50,166 nt of DNA, taken from Burkholderiales bacterium. Its GTDB lineage: Bacteria > Pseudomonadota > Gammaproteobacteria > Burkholderiales > SG8-41. Below the pieces are notes generated by a model. That model searched no databases. It was not told the DNA's origin and saw only the letters and a list, made by a program, of their open reading frames with translations. Position numbers and translations under genes: made by a program. The stretch lies in contig JBKJMN010000094.1 in NCBI GenBank assembly GCA_046596405.1, forward strand, positions 1 to 50,166, written 5' to 3'. Below, piece after piece: positions 33,051 to 48,113 of the stretch. The number at the start of each line of letters is the position of its first letter. The first letter of the stretch is position 1.

Positions 33051-35318
33051 ATGCGCTTTCACCAACACCTGCTGCTCGTAGTCGCCGTCCTGGTGGCGTG
33101 CGCCGCCCACGCGTTCGAACCCTTCGTCGTCAAGGATATCCGCATCGAGGGCATACAGCGCACCGAAGCGGGCACCATATTCAGCTACATGCCGATCAAA
33201 GTCGGTGAGACGATGACCGACGACAAAGCGGCGCAGGCGATCCGTTCGCTGTATGCGACCGGTTTTTTCAAGGACGTCAGCCTCGAAGTAGACAACGGCG
33301 TGTTGATCGTCAACGTGCAGGAGCGGCCGTCGGTCGCGCAGATCGACATCGTCGGCGCGAAGGAATTCAGCAAGGAGGATTTGCTGAAAGGGCTGCGCTC
33401 GATCGGTCTCGCGGACGGGCGCATTTTCGACCGCGGACTGCTCGACAAATCGGAACAGGAACTGAAGCGCCAGTACATCAGCCGCGGTAAATATTCCGCG
33501 CAGATCACGACCACGTCGACGCCGCTCGAGCGTAACCGCGTTGCGGTGCGGTTCGATATCGTCGAAGGCGAGGTCGCCAAGATCCGTCAGATCAACATCA
33601 TCGGCAACCGCGTTTTCGCGGAAAAAGAGCTGTTGAGTCAGTTCAAGCTGCGCACGCCCGGGCTGCTCACGTGGTTCAGCAAGGACGACCAGTATTCGAA
33701 GCAGAAGCTCGCCGCCGATCTCGAGTCGTTGCGCTCCTATTATCTGGATCGCGGATATCTCGAATTCAATGTCGACTCGACCCAGATTTCGATCACCCCC
33801 GACAAAAAGGACGTCTACATCACGGTCGGTCTGACGGAAGGCACGCAGTACACTGTCGCCGACGTCAAGCTCGCGGGCGAGACGCTGATCCCGGAAGCCG
33901 AGGCGCGCACGCTGATCAAGATCAAATCCGGCGATATTTTCTCGCGCAGCAAGCTGACGGAGTCGACCAAGCTCCTGAGCGACCGCATCGGCAACGAAGG
34001 TTATGCGTTCGCCAACGTCAATGCGGTGCCGGAACTCGATAAGGACAAGCGCAAAGTCAACTTCACGTTCTTCGTCGACCCGGGGCGGCGCGTCTACGTG
34101 CGACGCATCAACGTGACCGGCAACACGCGCACGCGTGACGAGGTGATCCGGCGCGAAATGCGCCAGCTCGAAGGCGGCTGGTATTCTGCCGGCAAAATCC
34201 AGAATTCCAAGCAACGCGTCGACCGCCTCGGATATTTTGCCGATGTCAACGTCGAAACGCCGAGCGTACCGGGCACGACCGACCAGGTCGATCTGAATAT
34301 CAACGTCACCGAGAAGCCCACCGGCAGCGTCCTGTTCGGCGCCGGCTTCGGTAGCGAAGGCGTAGTCTTAAGCGGCGGCATCACGCAGCAGAACGTATTC
34401 GGCTCGGGCAACCATCTCGGCGTGCAGATCAATTCCAGCAAGATCAACACCGTTTATTCGCTTTCGTTTACGCAGCCGTACTGGACAGTGGACGGCGTAA
34501 GTCGGGGATTCGATGTCTATCATCGTAAAAGCAACCCGGCCGCACTGGGACTCGGGCTATACGAGACCTCCACGACCGGCGGGCAGGCGCGCATCGGCAT
34601 ACCTTTCACCGACATTGATTCGGTAACCATAGGCGGCGGTTACGAGAACACCAGCATCACGGCATTCACCGGTGCGCCGGTCCAGATCACCAATTACGTG
34701 AATACGTTCGGGAACAACAACACTGCCGTGCTCGGCACGCTCGGCTGGAATCGCGATACGCGCGACAGCGCGATCTATCCGACCTCCGGGGCAGCCTCGC
34801 GCGCGAATCTCGAAACGGGCCTGCCGGGTGGGACTTTGCGGTTTTACAAGTTGAGCGCCGAGCATAAGAGATACATTCCCTTGACGTCGACTTTCGTAGG
34901 CTACGTGAATGCGGAAATCGGCTATGGCGGTGGCTACGCCGGCAAGCCGCTGCCTTTCTTTCGCAACTACTACACCGGCGGCCCCACCTCCGTGCGCGGT
35001 TTTTATCCGGCCAATATCGGCCCGAAGGACATCAATGGCGATCCGACGGGCGGTGAGCGCAAAATAGTCACGAATCTTGAATTGTTGTTTCCGGTGCCGG
35101 GCCTGCAGAACGACAAGTCCATCCGACTTTCAACATTCGTGGATGCCGGTATCATCGGCAGTAACTACTCAGTGAGCCAAGCGCGCACCTCCGCTGGCAT
35201 CGCTGTGACTTATGTGTCGGCGTTTGGTCCTTTGAAACTGAGCGTTGCGCAGCCCCTGAAGTCTCAGGCCGGAGACAAATTGCAAAGAATCCAGTTCCAG
35301 TTCGGGCAGTTGTTCTAA
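33051..35318 (+). CDS. bamA: Outer membrane protein assembly factor BamA
   Basis: Signal peptide, POTRA repeats ([26 protein letters not shown]), VRGF motif, terminal Phe. TTG at 33042 is an alternative start. Confidence 0.97.
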   Translation: MRFHQHLLLVVAVLVACAAHAFEPFVVKDIRIEGIQRTEAGTIFSYMPIKVGETMTDDKAAQAIRSLYATGFFKDVSLEVDNGVLIVNVQERPSVAQIDIVGAKEFSKEDLLKGLRSIGLADGRIFDRGLLDKSEQELKRQYISRGKYSAQITTTSTPLERNRVAVRFDIVEGEVAKIRQINIIGNRVFAEKELLSQFKLRTPGLLTWFSKDDQYSKQKLAADLESLRSYYLDRGYLEFNVDSTQISITPDKKDVYITVGLTEGTQYTVADVKLAGETLIPEAEARTLIKIKSGDIFSRSKLTESTKLLSDRIGNEGYAFANVNAVPELDKDKRKVNFTFFVDPGRRVYVRRINVTGNTRTRDEVIRREMRQLEGGWYSAGKIQNSKQRVDRLGYFADVNVETPSVPGTTDQVDLNINVTEKPTGSVLFGAGFGSEGVVLSGGITQQNVFGSGNHLGVQINSSKINTVYSLSFTQPYWTVDGVSRGFDVYHRKSNPAALGLGLYETSTTGGQARIGIPFTDIDSVTIGGGYENTSITAFTGAPVQITNYVNTFGNNNTAVLGTLGWNRDTRDSAIYPTSGAASRANLETGLPGGTLRFYKLSAEHKRYIPLTSTFVGYVNAEIGYGGGYAGKPLPFFRNYYTGGPTSVRGFYPANIGPKDINGDPTGGERKIVTNLELLFPVPGLQNDKSIRLSTFVDAGIIGSNYSVSQARTSAGIAVTYVSAFGPLKLSVAQPLKSQAGDKLQRIQFQFGQLF

Positions 35319-35367
35319 GGCAACGCCGCCCACGGGAACGGGTTAATGTCAGTGTAAGGAGACGACG

Positions 35368-35877
35368 TTGAAGCGAATCTGTTTAATGGTGCTGACGGTT
35401 GCGACGCTCGCAGCCGGAATTTTTTCAAGTGCGCACGCGGCCGATCTCAAGATCGGTTTCATCGACGCCGACCGCATCAACCGCGAATCGGTACCCGCGG
35501 AGCGCGCGACGAAGAAACTCGAGAAGGAATTCGCGCCGCGCGAGCAGGAACTGCGCAGAATCGAAGGTCAGATCAAAAGCCTGCAGGGCCAGCTCGAGAA
35601 GGACGCTCTGACGATGAGCGAATCCGACCGCCGCACCAAGGAAACCGAACTCGGCCGCCAGACACGCGAGTTCCAGCGCCTGCAGCGCGAGTTCCGCGAG
35701 GACCTGAACCTGCGCCGCAACGAGGAACTCGCCGCGCTGTTCGAACGCGCGAACAAGGTCATCAAGCAGGTCGCGGAAGCCGAAAAGTACGACCTTATTC
35801 TTCAGGAAGCCGTCTACCGCAGCCCGCGCATCGATATCACCGAGAAGGTCCTGAAGGCGCTCGCGGGCGACAAATAG
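35368..35877 (+). CDS. skp: OmpH/Skp periplasmic chaperone
   Basis: TTG start after AAGGAG; signal peptide, KIGFID, coiled coil, YDLIL, DIT..VL; bamA-skp-lpxD synteny. Confidence 0.93.
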   Translation: MKRICLMVLTVATLAAGIFSSAHAADLKIGFIDADRINRESVPAERATKKLEKEFAPREQELRRIEGQIKSLQGQLEKDALTMSESDRRTKETELGRQTREFQRLQREFREDLNLRRNEELAALFERANKVIKQVAEAEKYDLILQEAVYRSPRIDITEKVLKALAGDK

Positions 35878-35929
35878 CCGCGCTGCGCGGTGGCGGACAC
35901 AGCGCCGGCAAGCGCACTGCGGGATCGCA

Positions 35930-36976
35930 ATGATCAGGCGCAAATCCTACCGGCTCGACGAAATCACCGGCGAATTCGGCGGCGCAGTCATCGGTGATCG
36001 CGCTGTGCGCGTGAGCCAGGTGGCGTCGCTCGAGTCTGCGGGGCCGACCGATATCGTATTCATTTCGCAGCCCCGTTACCTTGGTCAGTTGCGCCACACC
36101 CGTGCGGGCGCGGCGATACTCGGGGCGGACGCGCCGGAGGCGGCCGCCATCGCGCGTATCGTATGTCCGAATCCGTATGCTTATTTCGCGAAAGTGTCGG
36201 CGCTCTTTAATCCGCCCGCTGCGACGTCCGCCGGCGTGCACAAGAGCGCGGTCGTCGACAAGTCAGCGCGCATCGACAAAACCGCCAGCGTAGGCGCCGC
36301 GGCGGTAATCGGTAAACGCGCGCGTCTGGGCAAGCGCGCGCAAGTCGGCGCGGGCTGCTACGTTGGCGACGACGTGAGCATAGGCGACGATTCGGTGCTG
36401 CATTCGAACGTATCGGTCTATTACGGTTGCCGTATCGGCCAGCGCTGCATCGTTCACGCCGGTGTCGTCATCGGTGCCGATGGTTTCGGCATCGCGCGCG
36501 AGGACGGAGCATGGAAAAAGATTCCACAAATCGGCAGCGTCGAAATCGGTGATGACGTGGAAATCGGCGCCAACACGACAATCGACCGCGGCACGCTCGA
36601 CGCTACGGTAATCGGGGAGGGGGTCAAACTCGACAACCAGATCCAGATCGCGCACAACGTCAAAATCGGCGCGCATACCGCAATCGCCGCCTGCGTCGGC
36701 ATTGCGGGCAGCGCGATCATCGGCCGCAACTGTGCGCTCGGCGGCGCCGCTATGATCTACGGGCATATTACAATTGCGGATAATGTGAGCGTATCGGCCG
36801 GTACGCTGGTGATGAAATCGCTGTCGCAACCAGGTACGTATACCGGCGTGTATCCGTTTTCGACGCACCAGCGGTGGCTCAAGAACGCGGCGCAACTGCG
36901 CAACCTCGACGAGCTCGCCGACCGGGTGCGCGTACTCGAAGCGCAACTCGGCAAAGACAAAGGGAAACCGCAGTGA
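35930..36976 (+). CDS. lpxD: UDP-3-O-(3-hydroxyacyl)glucosamine N-acyltransferase
   Basis: NPYAYFA, hexapeptide repeats, [30 protein letters not shown]. Confidence 0.97.
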   Translation: MIRRKSYRLDEITGEFGGAVIGDRAVRVSQVASLESAGPTDIVFISQPRYLGQLRHTRAGAAILGADAPEAAAIARIVCPNPYAYFAKVSALFNPPAATSAGVHKSAVVDKSARIDKTASVGAAAVIGKRARLGKRAQVGAGCYVGDDVSIGDDSVLHSNVSVYYGCRIGQRCIVHAGVVIGADGFGIAREDGAWKKIPQIGSVEIGDDVEIGANTTIDRGTLDATVIGEGVKLDNQIQIAHNVKIGAHTAIAACVGIAGSAIIGRNCALGGAAMIYGHITIADNVSVSAGTLVMKSLSQPGTYTGVYPFSTHQRWLKNAAQLRNLDELADRVRVLEAQLGKDKGKPQ

Positions 36977-37428
36977 ACAGTATGGACATTCATCAAATTC
37001 TCGAATACCTGCCGCACCGCTATCCGTTCCTGCTGGTGGACAAGGTGCTGTCCTGCGAACCGGGCAAAGGCATCGTGGCGATCAAGAATGTGACGATCAA
37101 CGAGCATTTTTTTGCCGGCCATTTCCCGCACCATCCGGTGATGCCGGGTGTGCTCATCATCGAAGCTCTCGCGCAGACCGCCGCCATCCTGACTTTCAAG
37201 ACGCACGATCACAAGGCGGATGGCAAGTCGGTCTACTATTTTGTCGGGATCGACAAGGCCCGCTTCAAGAAGCCGGTCCTGCCCGGCGATACCCTCGAGC
37301 TGAACGTCGAGATCAAGCGCTTCGCGCGCGGGATCTGGTGGTTCGCCGCGCACGCGAAGGTCGACGGGCAGGTCGCCACCACGGCCGACCTCATGTGCAC
37401 GCTGCGCACCATCGACAGTCCGGCTTAG
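36973..37428 (+). CDS. fabZ: 3-hydroxyacyl-ACP dehydratase
   Basis: [38 protein letters not shown]. Start GTG 36973 or ATG 36982. Confidence 0.97.
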   Translation: MNSMDIHQILEYLPHRYPFLLVDKVLSCEPGKGIVAIKNVTINEHFFAGHFPHHPVMPGVLIIEALAQTAAILTFKTHDHKADGKSVYYFVGIDKARFKKPVLPGDTLELNVEIKRFARGIWWFAAHAKVDGQVATTADLMCTLRTIDSPA

Positions 37429-37442
37429 GCGCGCCCGCAACC

Positions 37443-38219
37443 GTGGCAGCGATACATCCCACCGCGATCGTGCATGGCGGCGCCCGCCTCGCGGCCGACG
37501 TCGAGATCGGCGCTTATACCGTGATCGGCGAGCATGTCGAAATCGACGCCGGATCGCGTATCGGGCCGCATGCAGTGATCAGCGGCCATACGCGGATCGG
37601 GCGCGATAACCGTGTTTTCCAGTTCGTCTCGCTGGGCGAGGCGCCTCAGGACAAGAAATACGCGGGCGAGCCCACGCGCCTGGAGATCGGCGACCGCAAC
37701 ACGATCCGCGAATTCTGCACGTTCAACTGTGGCACGGTGCAGGACGCGGGCGTGACGCGCATCGGCAGCGACAACTGGGTGATGGCGTACGTGCATCTCG
37801 CGCATGACTGCCAGGTCGGCAATTACACGATTTTCGCCAACAATTCGCAGCTCGCCGGACATGTGCGCGTGGACGATTACGCAATCCTCGGCGGATTCAC
37901 CGCCGTGCACCAGTTTTGCCGGATTGGCGCGCATAGCATCACCGCAATCGGCACGGTGGTGTTGCAGGACATACCGCCGTTCGTGACCGCGTCGGGCAAT
38001 ACGGCGGCGCCGTACGGCATCAATTCCGAGGGACTCAAACGGCGTGGATTTTCCGCGGCGGCGATCGCCGGTATCAAGCGCGCCTACAAAACGCTGTATA
38101 AAGCGGGCCTCGGGCTCGAGGACGCGAAACTGCAGATCGCCGCTCAGCTGGAACAATGCCAGGAGCTACAGCCACTGCTCGATTTTCTTGCCCTGTCGAC
38201 GCGTGGCATTATCCGCTGA
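37443..38219 (+). CDS. lpxA: UDP-N-acetylglucosamine O-acyltransferase
   Basis: [43 protein letters not shown] start. Confidence 0.97.
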   Translation: MAAIHPTAIVHGGARLAADVEIGAYTVIGEHVEIDAGSRIGPHAVISGHTRIGRDNRVFQFVSLGEAPQDKKYAGEPTRLEIGDRNTIREFCTFNCGTVQDAGVTRIGSDNWVMAYVHLAHDCQVGNYTIFANNSQLAGHVRVDDYAILGGFTAVHQFCRIGAHSITAIGTVVLQDIPPFVTASGNTAAPYGINSEGLKRRGFSAAAIAGIKRAYKTLYKAGLGLEDAKLQIAAQLEQCQELQPLLDFLALSTRGIIR

Positions 38220-39372
38220 GCGCGCGGGGCGCCCGCGCACGATCGCGATCGTCGCGGGCGAGGCGTCCGGCGACCTGCTCGGCAGTGAACTCATCCTTGC
38301 ATTGCGCGAACTCGTACCTGACCTGAACGTCGTGGGCATCGGCGGCCCGCGCATGGAAGCGGCCGGCATGCAGGTCTGGTTTCCGCTCGAAAAGCTCGCC
38401 GTGCGCGGCTACTTCGAGGTACTGCGGCATTACTTCGAGATCGTCGGCATCCGGCGCAAGCTGCGCCGGCGGCTGCTCAAGAACCGGCCGGACCTTTTCA
38501 TCGGCATCGACGCGCCGGATTTCAACCTCGAGCTGGAGCGTGGCCTGAAGGCGCGCGGCATTCCGACCGCGCATTACGTGAGTCCCGCGATTTGGATGTG
38601 GCGCCGCGAGCGGCTGCGCAAGATCAAGCGCGCGGTCACCAAGATGCTGACGCTGTTTCCGTTCGAAGAAGACCTCTACCGCGAGGCGGGCGTCGACGTC
38701 GCGTTCGTCGGCCATCCGCTTGCCGACATGCTCGACCGGGTGCCGCGCGACGACGCGGCGCGCGAACAATTGAAGCTGCCGCCCGCGGCGCCCGTCATCG
38801 CATTGCTGCCCGGTAGCCGGCAAAGCGAACTCCAGTACATGGCAGATCTCTTTATTCAGACCGCGAAGGTGATCCACACGCGGCTGCCGAACGCGGTGTT
38901 TCTGGTGCCGCTGACCACCCGCGAAACGCGGGCCATGTTCGAAACCGCGCTTTACCACAACGCAGCCGAAGACCTGCCGCTGACCATCATGTTCGGTCAT
39001 GCGCAGGATGCGATGGCCGCCGCCGACGTAGTGCTCGTCGCGTCGGGGACCGCGACCTTGGAAGCAGCGCTTTTGTGCAAACCCATGGTCATCACGTACA
39101 AGATGCCGCGCGCGACCTACTGGCTGCTGCAGGGCAAGGGCTACCTGCCGTATTACGGATTGCCGAACATTCTCGCGCGCGAGTTCGTCGTGCCCGAACT
39201 GATCCAGGATGACGCGACGCCCGCGAACCTGGGTCAGGCACTGCTCAATCTGCTCGGCGACGTCGCGACCCGCGAGCGCATTGCCGCCCGGTTTGCCGCC
39301 ATGAATGCAAGCCTGCATCGGGGGGCGGCGCATCAGGCGGCGCTCGCGGTGCTGCCGCTGTTGCCGAATTGA
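38203..39372 (+). CDS. lpxB: Lipid-A-disaccharide synthase
   Basis: [51 protein letters not shown]. Start approximate (GTG 38203). Confidence 0.95.
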   Translation: MALSAERAGRPRTIAIVAGEASGDLLGSELILALRELVPDLNVVGIGGPRMEAAGMQVWFPLEKLAVRGYFEVLRHYFEIVGIRRKLRRRLLKNRPDLFIGIDAPDFNLELERGLKARGIPTAHYVSPAIWMWRRERLRKIKRAVTKMLTLFPFEEDLYREAGVDVAFVGHPLADMLDRVPRDDAAREQLKLPPAAPVIALLPGSRQSELQYMADLFIQTAKVIHTRLPNAVFLVPLTTRETRAMFETALYHNAAEDLPLTIMFGHAQDAMAAADVVLVASGTATLEAALLCKPMVITYKMPRATYWLLQGKGYLPYYGLPNILAREFVVPELIQDDATPANLGQALLNLLGDVATRERIAARFAAMNASLHRGAAHQAALAVLPLLPN

Positions 39373-39374
39373 AC

Positions 39375-39938
39375 ATGCGCTGCGGGGTCGACGAAGCCGG
39401 ACGCGGACCGCTCGCCGGGCCGGTGTTTGCCGCGGCGGTCATCCTTGGCAAGGGCCACGGCATCAAAGGCCTCGCCGATTCGAAGTCGATCAGCGCGGCG
39501 CGGCGCGATGAGCTGGCAGTCGAGATCCGGAGTTGCGCTGTCGCCTGGGCGGTCGCCAGCGCGACGGTCGAGGAAATCGACGCGCTGAACATCCTCCAGG
39601 CGACCTTGCTCGCGATGCGGCGGGCGGTCGAAGCGCTTGCCAGATCACCAAGCGAAGTGCTGGTCGACGGCCTTTATTGTCCGCGGATCGTGCAGCCTTC
39701 GCGTGCGATCGTGCGCGGCGACGCGCTGATCGCGGAGATCTCCGCGGCTTCAATACTGGCAAAAACGGCGCGTGATGCAGTCATGGTCGCGCTGCATGCG
39801 CAATACCCGGCCTATGGATTCGACCGCCACAAGGGATACGGCACCGCCCGACATCTCGACGCGTTGCGCGTACACGGCGCTTGCGGCGTGCACCGGCGGT
39901 CATTCGCGCCGGTGCGTTGGCTGCTCGAAAACGAGTGA
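39375..39938 (+). CDS. rnhB: Ribonuclease HII
   Basis: [45 protein letters not shown] 39369 is an alternative start. Confidence 0.97.
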   Translation: MRCGVDEAGRGPLAGPVFAAAVILGKGHGIKGLADSKSISAARRDELAVEIRSCAVAWAVASATVEEIDALNILQATLLAMRRAVEALARSPSEVLVDGLYCPRIVQPSRAIVRGDALIAEISAASILAKTARDAVMVALHAQYPAYGFDRHKGYGTARHLDALRVHGACGVHRRSFAPVRWLLENE

Positions 39939-39945
39939 CCGGCTC

Positions 39946-40896
39946 CTAGGCCTCGAATTCCCGCAGCAGTGAGCGCAGGGCGTTTTTTTCGCGGCCGGGA
40001 CGCGTCAACTCCCGGCGCGCGTCACATTGGCGCTTGAGCCGGGCATAAAATTCAGGCTCGGATTCGGCGCGCCACAGCAGGCGCGCCAACGCGCGCTCGT
40101 CGCCGAGGGGAAAATAGCCCGCGTAATCCCGGCCGAGCATGCCGACGTTGCCCGGCACGCGCGACGCGATCACCGGCACGCGCGCCGCCAGCGCCTCGGT
40201 GACGACGTTGGCGCCGCCTTCCATGTGCGAGCTGATCACCATCAAGCGCGCCCGCGCGAGGCGGCCGAGCGCCGCGCCGTGCGGCAGTTCACCGATCCAG
40301 CGATAGCGCGGCTCGCGGCGCATCCACCGCTGCGCCGCTTGTTTCATGGCCCCGTTCATTGCGCCGCCGACCTGCACCGCGCAAATGCGGCTTCTCGCCG
40401 GCAGATAGCGCAGTCCGGCGGCGAGCCTGAACGGGTCTTTCACTGCGCGCAGGTGGCCGCTGACGCAGACTTCGAACCGTGACTTGAGCGCCGCCGGTTT
40501 TGCGCGCGGCATGGTCGATTGATAAATCACGCGCGTCTTGCGCCGCAGGCGCGGCGCCAGCTCAGCGCGCCCTTCGTCCTGCAGAACGACCAGGCGGGTC
40601 GCGAGCTCGAGGGAAAGTTGCGCCTGGGCATTCACGCGGATGTCGGCATACAGATCGGTGCCCGTCAGCATCACGATCAGCGGCAAGCGGGGACACGCCG
40701 CCGCGAACCGCGCGATCGAGTCGTGGCTGCGTCGCGCGTGCAGTGCGATCATGAGATCCGCCGGCCTGCCGTCCCATTCCGTTGCCACGCGCACGCGATG
40801 CCCGAGGTCGCGCAGCAGCGCCGCCCAGCGCATCGCCGTGTTGCGGTTGCCGGAGTGCGCGACGGGCCGCGCGGGCGTGATGAGTGCGATTTTCAT
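39946..40896 (-). CDS. senB: Selenosugar synthase SenB-like glycosyltransferase (TIGR04348-type, GT-B)
   Basis: Family-typical segments: ITP......GN..TA.RW, MIALHARRS, LTGTDLY, LVVLQ, GHLR..KDP, SHMEGGANV, PVIASRVPGNVGMLG.DYAGYF. Adjacent to an EgtB-like gene. Confidence 0.85.
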   Translation of the reverse strand: MKIALITPARPVAHSGNRNTAMRWAALLRDLGHRVRVATEWDGRPADLMIALHARRSHDSIARFAAACPRLPLIVMLTGTDLYADIRVNAQAQLSLELATRLVVLQDEGRAELAPRLRRKTRVIYQSTMPRAKPAALKSRFEVCVSGHLRAVKDPFRLAAGLRYLPARSRICAVQVGGAMNGAMKQAAQRWMRREPRYRWIGELPHGAALGRLARARLMVISSHMEGGANVVTEALAARVPVIASRVPGNVGMLGRDYAGYFPLGDERALARLLWRAESEPEFYARLKRQCDARRELTRPGREKNALRSLLREFEA

Positions 40897-40910
40897 GCGT
40901 GCCGATCAGC

Positions 40911-40946
40911 TAGAATGACGCCATGCGTGCAGCGCAAACTATAGCA
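40911..40946. promoter_or_regulatory. Overlapping -10 elements for senA (+) and senB (-)
   Basis: Plus strand: TAGAAT at 40911-40916, 6 nt before the senA ATG. Minus strand: TG-C-TATAGT (40946-40938), 41 nt upstream of the senB ATG. Confidence 0.45.
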
Positions 40947-42263
40947 GAGAGCCGGCAGCGCAGATTGACGTCCGCGTCGTCCGCGCAGACCTTGGCGCAC
41001 CGCTTGCGCGAGGCGCGAGCGCGCACGCTGATGCTCGCCGCCGATTTGACCGGCGAGCAGCTGCTCGGCCCCGTACTGACTAGCGTGAACCCGCCGCTAT
41101 GGGAAATCGCCCACCTCGGCTGGTTCCAGGAATACTGGTGCCTGCGCTATCGTCACGAGAACGACTTTGCGCCTTCGCTGGTCGACGCGGCCGATGCGCT
41201 TTACGACTCGGCGCGCGTGCCTCACGCAACGCGCTGGACGCTACCGCTGCTGCCGTTCGATGCGGTGCTGCGTTTCACCGGCGACGTGCTCGAGCGGGTA
41301 ATCGAGAGGTTGCAGCGTGAGCCGGAGAATGCAGCGCTGCGCTATTTCGCGGAGCTCGCGGCAGCGCACGAAGAAATGCATTGCGAGGCGTTCACCTACA
41401 CGCGCCAGACGCTCGGCTATGCCGCGCCGCGCAGCCCCGCGGTGAATATTCCGTGCGGCGGCCCCTGGGCCGGCGACGTGGCGCTAACGGGCGGAGACTT
41501 TTTGCTCGGCGCGCCACCGGGAGACGGGTTCGTGTTCGACAACGAAAAGTGGCAGCATCCGGTCGCGCTCATGCCGTTCAATATCGCGCGCGCTGCGGTA
41601 ACCAACGGTGAATTTGCAGGATTTATCGAAGATAACGGGTATGCGCGGCGTGAATTATGGTCTGACGCGGGCTGGCAATGGCGCGCAAGCGTGGCTGCGC
41701 GGGCGCCCGTTTACTGGGTCAAGGCGGCCGGCGAATGGCGGCAGCGCGTCTACGCTGAAGTTGTCGCGATCCCGCCGCATGCGCCCGTCATGCATGTGAA
41801 CTGGTTCGAGGCCGATGCCTGGTGCCGCTGGGCGGGGCGCCGCTTGCCGGCCGAAGCCGAATGGGAAAAAGCGGCCGCCACGGGGAAAGACGCTGCGCGC
41901 AGCGCCGCCGACCAGCGGGTTTATCCGTGGGGCGCGGCGGCGCCGGATCTCGCGCATGCCAACCTGTACGGCGTGTGCGGTGCGGTCGCACCGGTATCCG
42001 CGTTCGCGGCCGGCGATAGCGCCCAAGGTTGCCGCCAGATGATCGGCAATGTCTGGGAATGGACGGCGGACTGGTTTGAGGCATACCCGGGCTTTGAGCG
42101 CGATCCTTATAAAGAATATTCCGCACCGTGGTTCGGGAACCATAAAGTGCTGCGCGGCGGCAGCTTCGCCACCAACGCTGCGCTGCTGCGCAATACCTGG
42201 CGCAACTTCTATACGCCCGACCGGCGCGACGTATTCGCCGGTTTTCGCACGTGCGCGGCATGA
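40923..42263 (+). CDS. senA: Selenoneine synthase SenA-like (EgtB family DinB + FGE-sulfatase domains)
   Basis: NPPLWEIAHLGWFQEYWCLR, LYDSARVPH..RW, non-heme iron motif HEEMHCE (HxxxHxE), FVFDNE, RRLPAEAEWE, GNVWEW, PYKEYS.PWF, LRGGS, RNFYTPDRRDVFAGFRTC. Divergent from senB. Confidence 0.85.
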   Translation: MRAAQTIAESRQRRLTSASSAQTLAHRLREARARTLMLAADLTGEQLLGPVLTSVNPPLWEIAHLGWFQEYWCLRYRHENDFAPSLVDAADALYDSARVPHATRWTLPLLPFDAVLRFTGDVLERVIERLQREPENAALRYFAELAAAHEEMHCEAFTYTRQTLGYAAPRSPAVNIPCGGPWAGDVALTGGDFLLGAPPGDGFVFDNEKWQHPVALMPFNIARAAVTNGEFAGFIEDNGYARRELWSDAGWQWRASVAARAPVYWVKAAGEWRQRVYAEVVAIPPHAPVMHVNWFEADAWCRWAGRRLPAEAEWEKAAATGKDAARSAADQRVYPWGAAAPDLAHANLYGVCGAVAPVSAFAAGDSAQGCRQMIGNVWEWTADWFEAYPGFERDPYKEYSAPWFGNHKVLRGGSFATNAALLRNTWRNFYTPDRRDVFAGFRTCAA

Positions 42264-43054
42264 GGCGGATCGTCTCCGCTGACAACGCGCGGTTCAAGGC
42301 TTTGCTCAAGCTCGCGGAATCATCGCGCGAGCGAAAAAAGCACGGCTTGTCGCTGCTCGACGGCACGCATCTGATCGCGGCCTATCACGCGCATGTCGGG
42401 GTGCCCGTCGAACTCGTCATCAGCGACAGCGGCTCGTCCAATCCCGAAGTGCAGGGACTCGTCGCGGCGATGGCGCCGCTCGCGCCGCTGCTGCTCGCCG
42501 ATGCGCTGTTTAGCCGGCTGTCGACCGTCGCGACTCCGACCGGGGTGCTGGCGACCGTCAAGACGCCGCGCCCGCCGGTCGTTCCCAAGAGCATAATCGC
42601 GTGCGTGATGCTGGAGGACATTCAGGATCCGGGCAATCTGGGGTCCGTGCTGCGCTCGGCGGCGGCAGCCGGGATCCAGCACGTTTTCCTGTCGACGTCG
42701 TCGGTGCAGGCCTGGTCGCCGCGCGTATTGCGGGCCGGCATGGGCGCGCATTTCATGCTGCAGATTCACGAGCAGTGCGATTTAAATGTGCTCGCGCGAG
42801 AGTTCAAGGGGCGCGTGATCGCGACCAGCCCGTGCGCGGCAACGACGGTTTTCGACGCCGACCTCGGGGGACCGGTGGCGCTCCTGTTCGGCAATGAAGG
42901 CGCGGGCGTGTCGCCTGAGCTCATGGCGGCCGCACATGAAACCGTCGCGATACCGATGCCGGGAGCTGCCGAATCGCTGAATATCGCGGCAGCGGCGGCG
43001 GTGTGCTTGTTCGAGCGCGTGCGCCAGCTCAAGGCGGGCCGCGCCCGTCAGTAG
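42260..43054 (+). CDS. TrmH/SpoU family RNA methyltransferase
   Basis: I.S.DN..FK, IQDPGNLGSVLRSA, LRAGMGAHF, GNEGAG, IPMPG..ESLN; ATGA overlap with the senA stop. Confidence 0.93.
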   Translation: MRRIVSADNARFKALLKLAESSRERKKHGLSLLDGTHLIAAYHAHVGVPVELVISDSGSSNPEVQGLVAAMAPLAPLLLADALFSRLSTVATPTGVLATVKTPRPPVVPKSIIACVMLEDIQDPGNLGSVLRSAAAAGIQHVFLSTSSVQAWSPRVLRAGMGAHFMLQIHEQCDLNVLAREFKGRVIATSPCAATTVFDADLGGPVALLFGNEGAGVSPELMAAAHETVAIPMPGAAESLNIAAAAAVCLFERVRQLKAGRARQ

Positions 43055-43872
43055 ACGCGGCGCACGAGTTTCGCCTGCTGCAATATCGTGGTCGCGAGCT
43101 CTTCGACCGACTTGGTGGTTACATCGAGATAAGGGATGCCTTCCTGGCGCATCAGCGCTTCGGCTTCGCGCACCTCGAATTCGCAGTTGGCGCGCGTCGC
43201 GTAAGTGCTGCCGGGCCGGCGCTCGTTGCGTATTTTCTCGAGCCGGTCGGGTTTGATCGTCAGGCCGTAAAGCCGCTTGCGTAAAGCCTTGACCTGGCCC
43301 GGCAACTGCATACTGGCGAAATCCTCGGGGACCAGCGGATAGTTGGCCGCGCGAATGCCGAATTGCATTGCGAGATACAGGCAGGTCGGCGTCTTGCCGC
43401 AGCGCGAGACCCCGACCAGGATCACGTCGGCTTCCGCCAGATCGCGCGTCGCGACGCCGTCGTCGTGGCTCAGCGAATAATTCACCGCCTCGATGCGGTG
43501 ATGATAGTTGGCGAAATCATTGGCGCTGTGCGAGCGCCCGACCGCATGCGAGGCGAGTACGCCGAGCTCCTTCTCCATCGGCAGGATAAAAATGTCGAAA
43601 CAGTCGAGGAAGAGCGCATTGGCTTTCGCGACCACGCTGGAGACGTCCTGATTGACGAGCGTGCTGAAAATCAGCGGACGCGTGCCGTCGGTCGCCCCCT
43701 GGTCGTTGATCTGGTTGACCGCGGCGTCCGCCTTCTCGATCGTATCGACGAACGGCAGCGTGACTTCGTTGAACGACACCATCTCGAACTGCGTGAGCAG
43801 GCTGTGGCCGAGCATCTCGGCGGTGATGCCGGTGCGGTCGGAAATGAAGAAAGCTGAGCGCTTTTGCGGCAT
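43048..43872 (-). CDS. ppsR: PEP synthase regulatory kinase/pyrophosphorylase
   Basis: FFISDRTGITAE, RIEAVNY...HDDG, GVSRCGKTPT, AANYPL; divergent from ppsA. Confidence 0.95.
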   Translation of the reverse strand: MPQKRSAFFISDRTGITAEMLGHSLLTQFEMVSFNEVTLPFVDTIEKADAAVNQINDQGATDGTRPLIFSTLVNQDVSSVVAKANALFLDCFDIFILPMEKELGVLASHAVGRSHSANDFANYHHRIEAVNYSLSHDDGVATRDLAEADVILVGVSRCGKTPTCLYLAMQFGIRAANYPLVPEDFASMQLPGQVKALRKRLYGLTIKPDRLEKIRNERRPGSTYATRANCEFEVREAEALMRQEGIPYLDVTTKSVEELATTILQQAKLVRRVY

Positions 43873-43946
43873 CGCGATGGCCAGGGAAGGGATAACCGGT
43901 AAAATAGCCGCTTTCGCTGCTTTGCACAAATCTTAACGGGTGAATC

Positions 43947-46343
<2,397 letters not shown>

Positions 46344-46369
46344 TTCGCGCGCGAAACGCGTGAATTCCA

Positions 46370-48107
<1,738 letters not shown>

Positions 48108-48113
48108 CGCGCC

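Noticed and set aside
39939-42263. senA/senB as an active mobile element
   Set aside because: No transposase, integrase, terminal repeats or target duplication seen; composition looks like the flanks.
40923-42263. Canonical ergothioneine EgtB or formylglycine-generating enzyme
   Set aside because: The DinB-like domain with HxxxHxE excludes a plain FGE. The NPPLWE/HEEMHCE variants and the adjacent SenB-type gene favour SenA over canonical EgtB, though this is not confirmed by HMM.
39369-43054. Selenocysteine (UGA) read-through or SECIS in genes around senA/senB
   Set aside because: The TGA stops of rnhB and senA fall at the expected C-termini; I found no in-frame UGA at a Cys-equivalent position.
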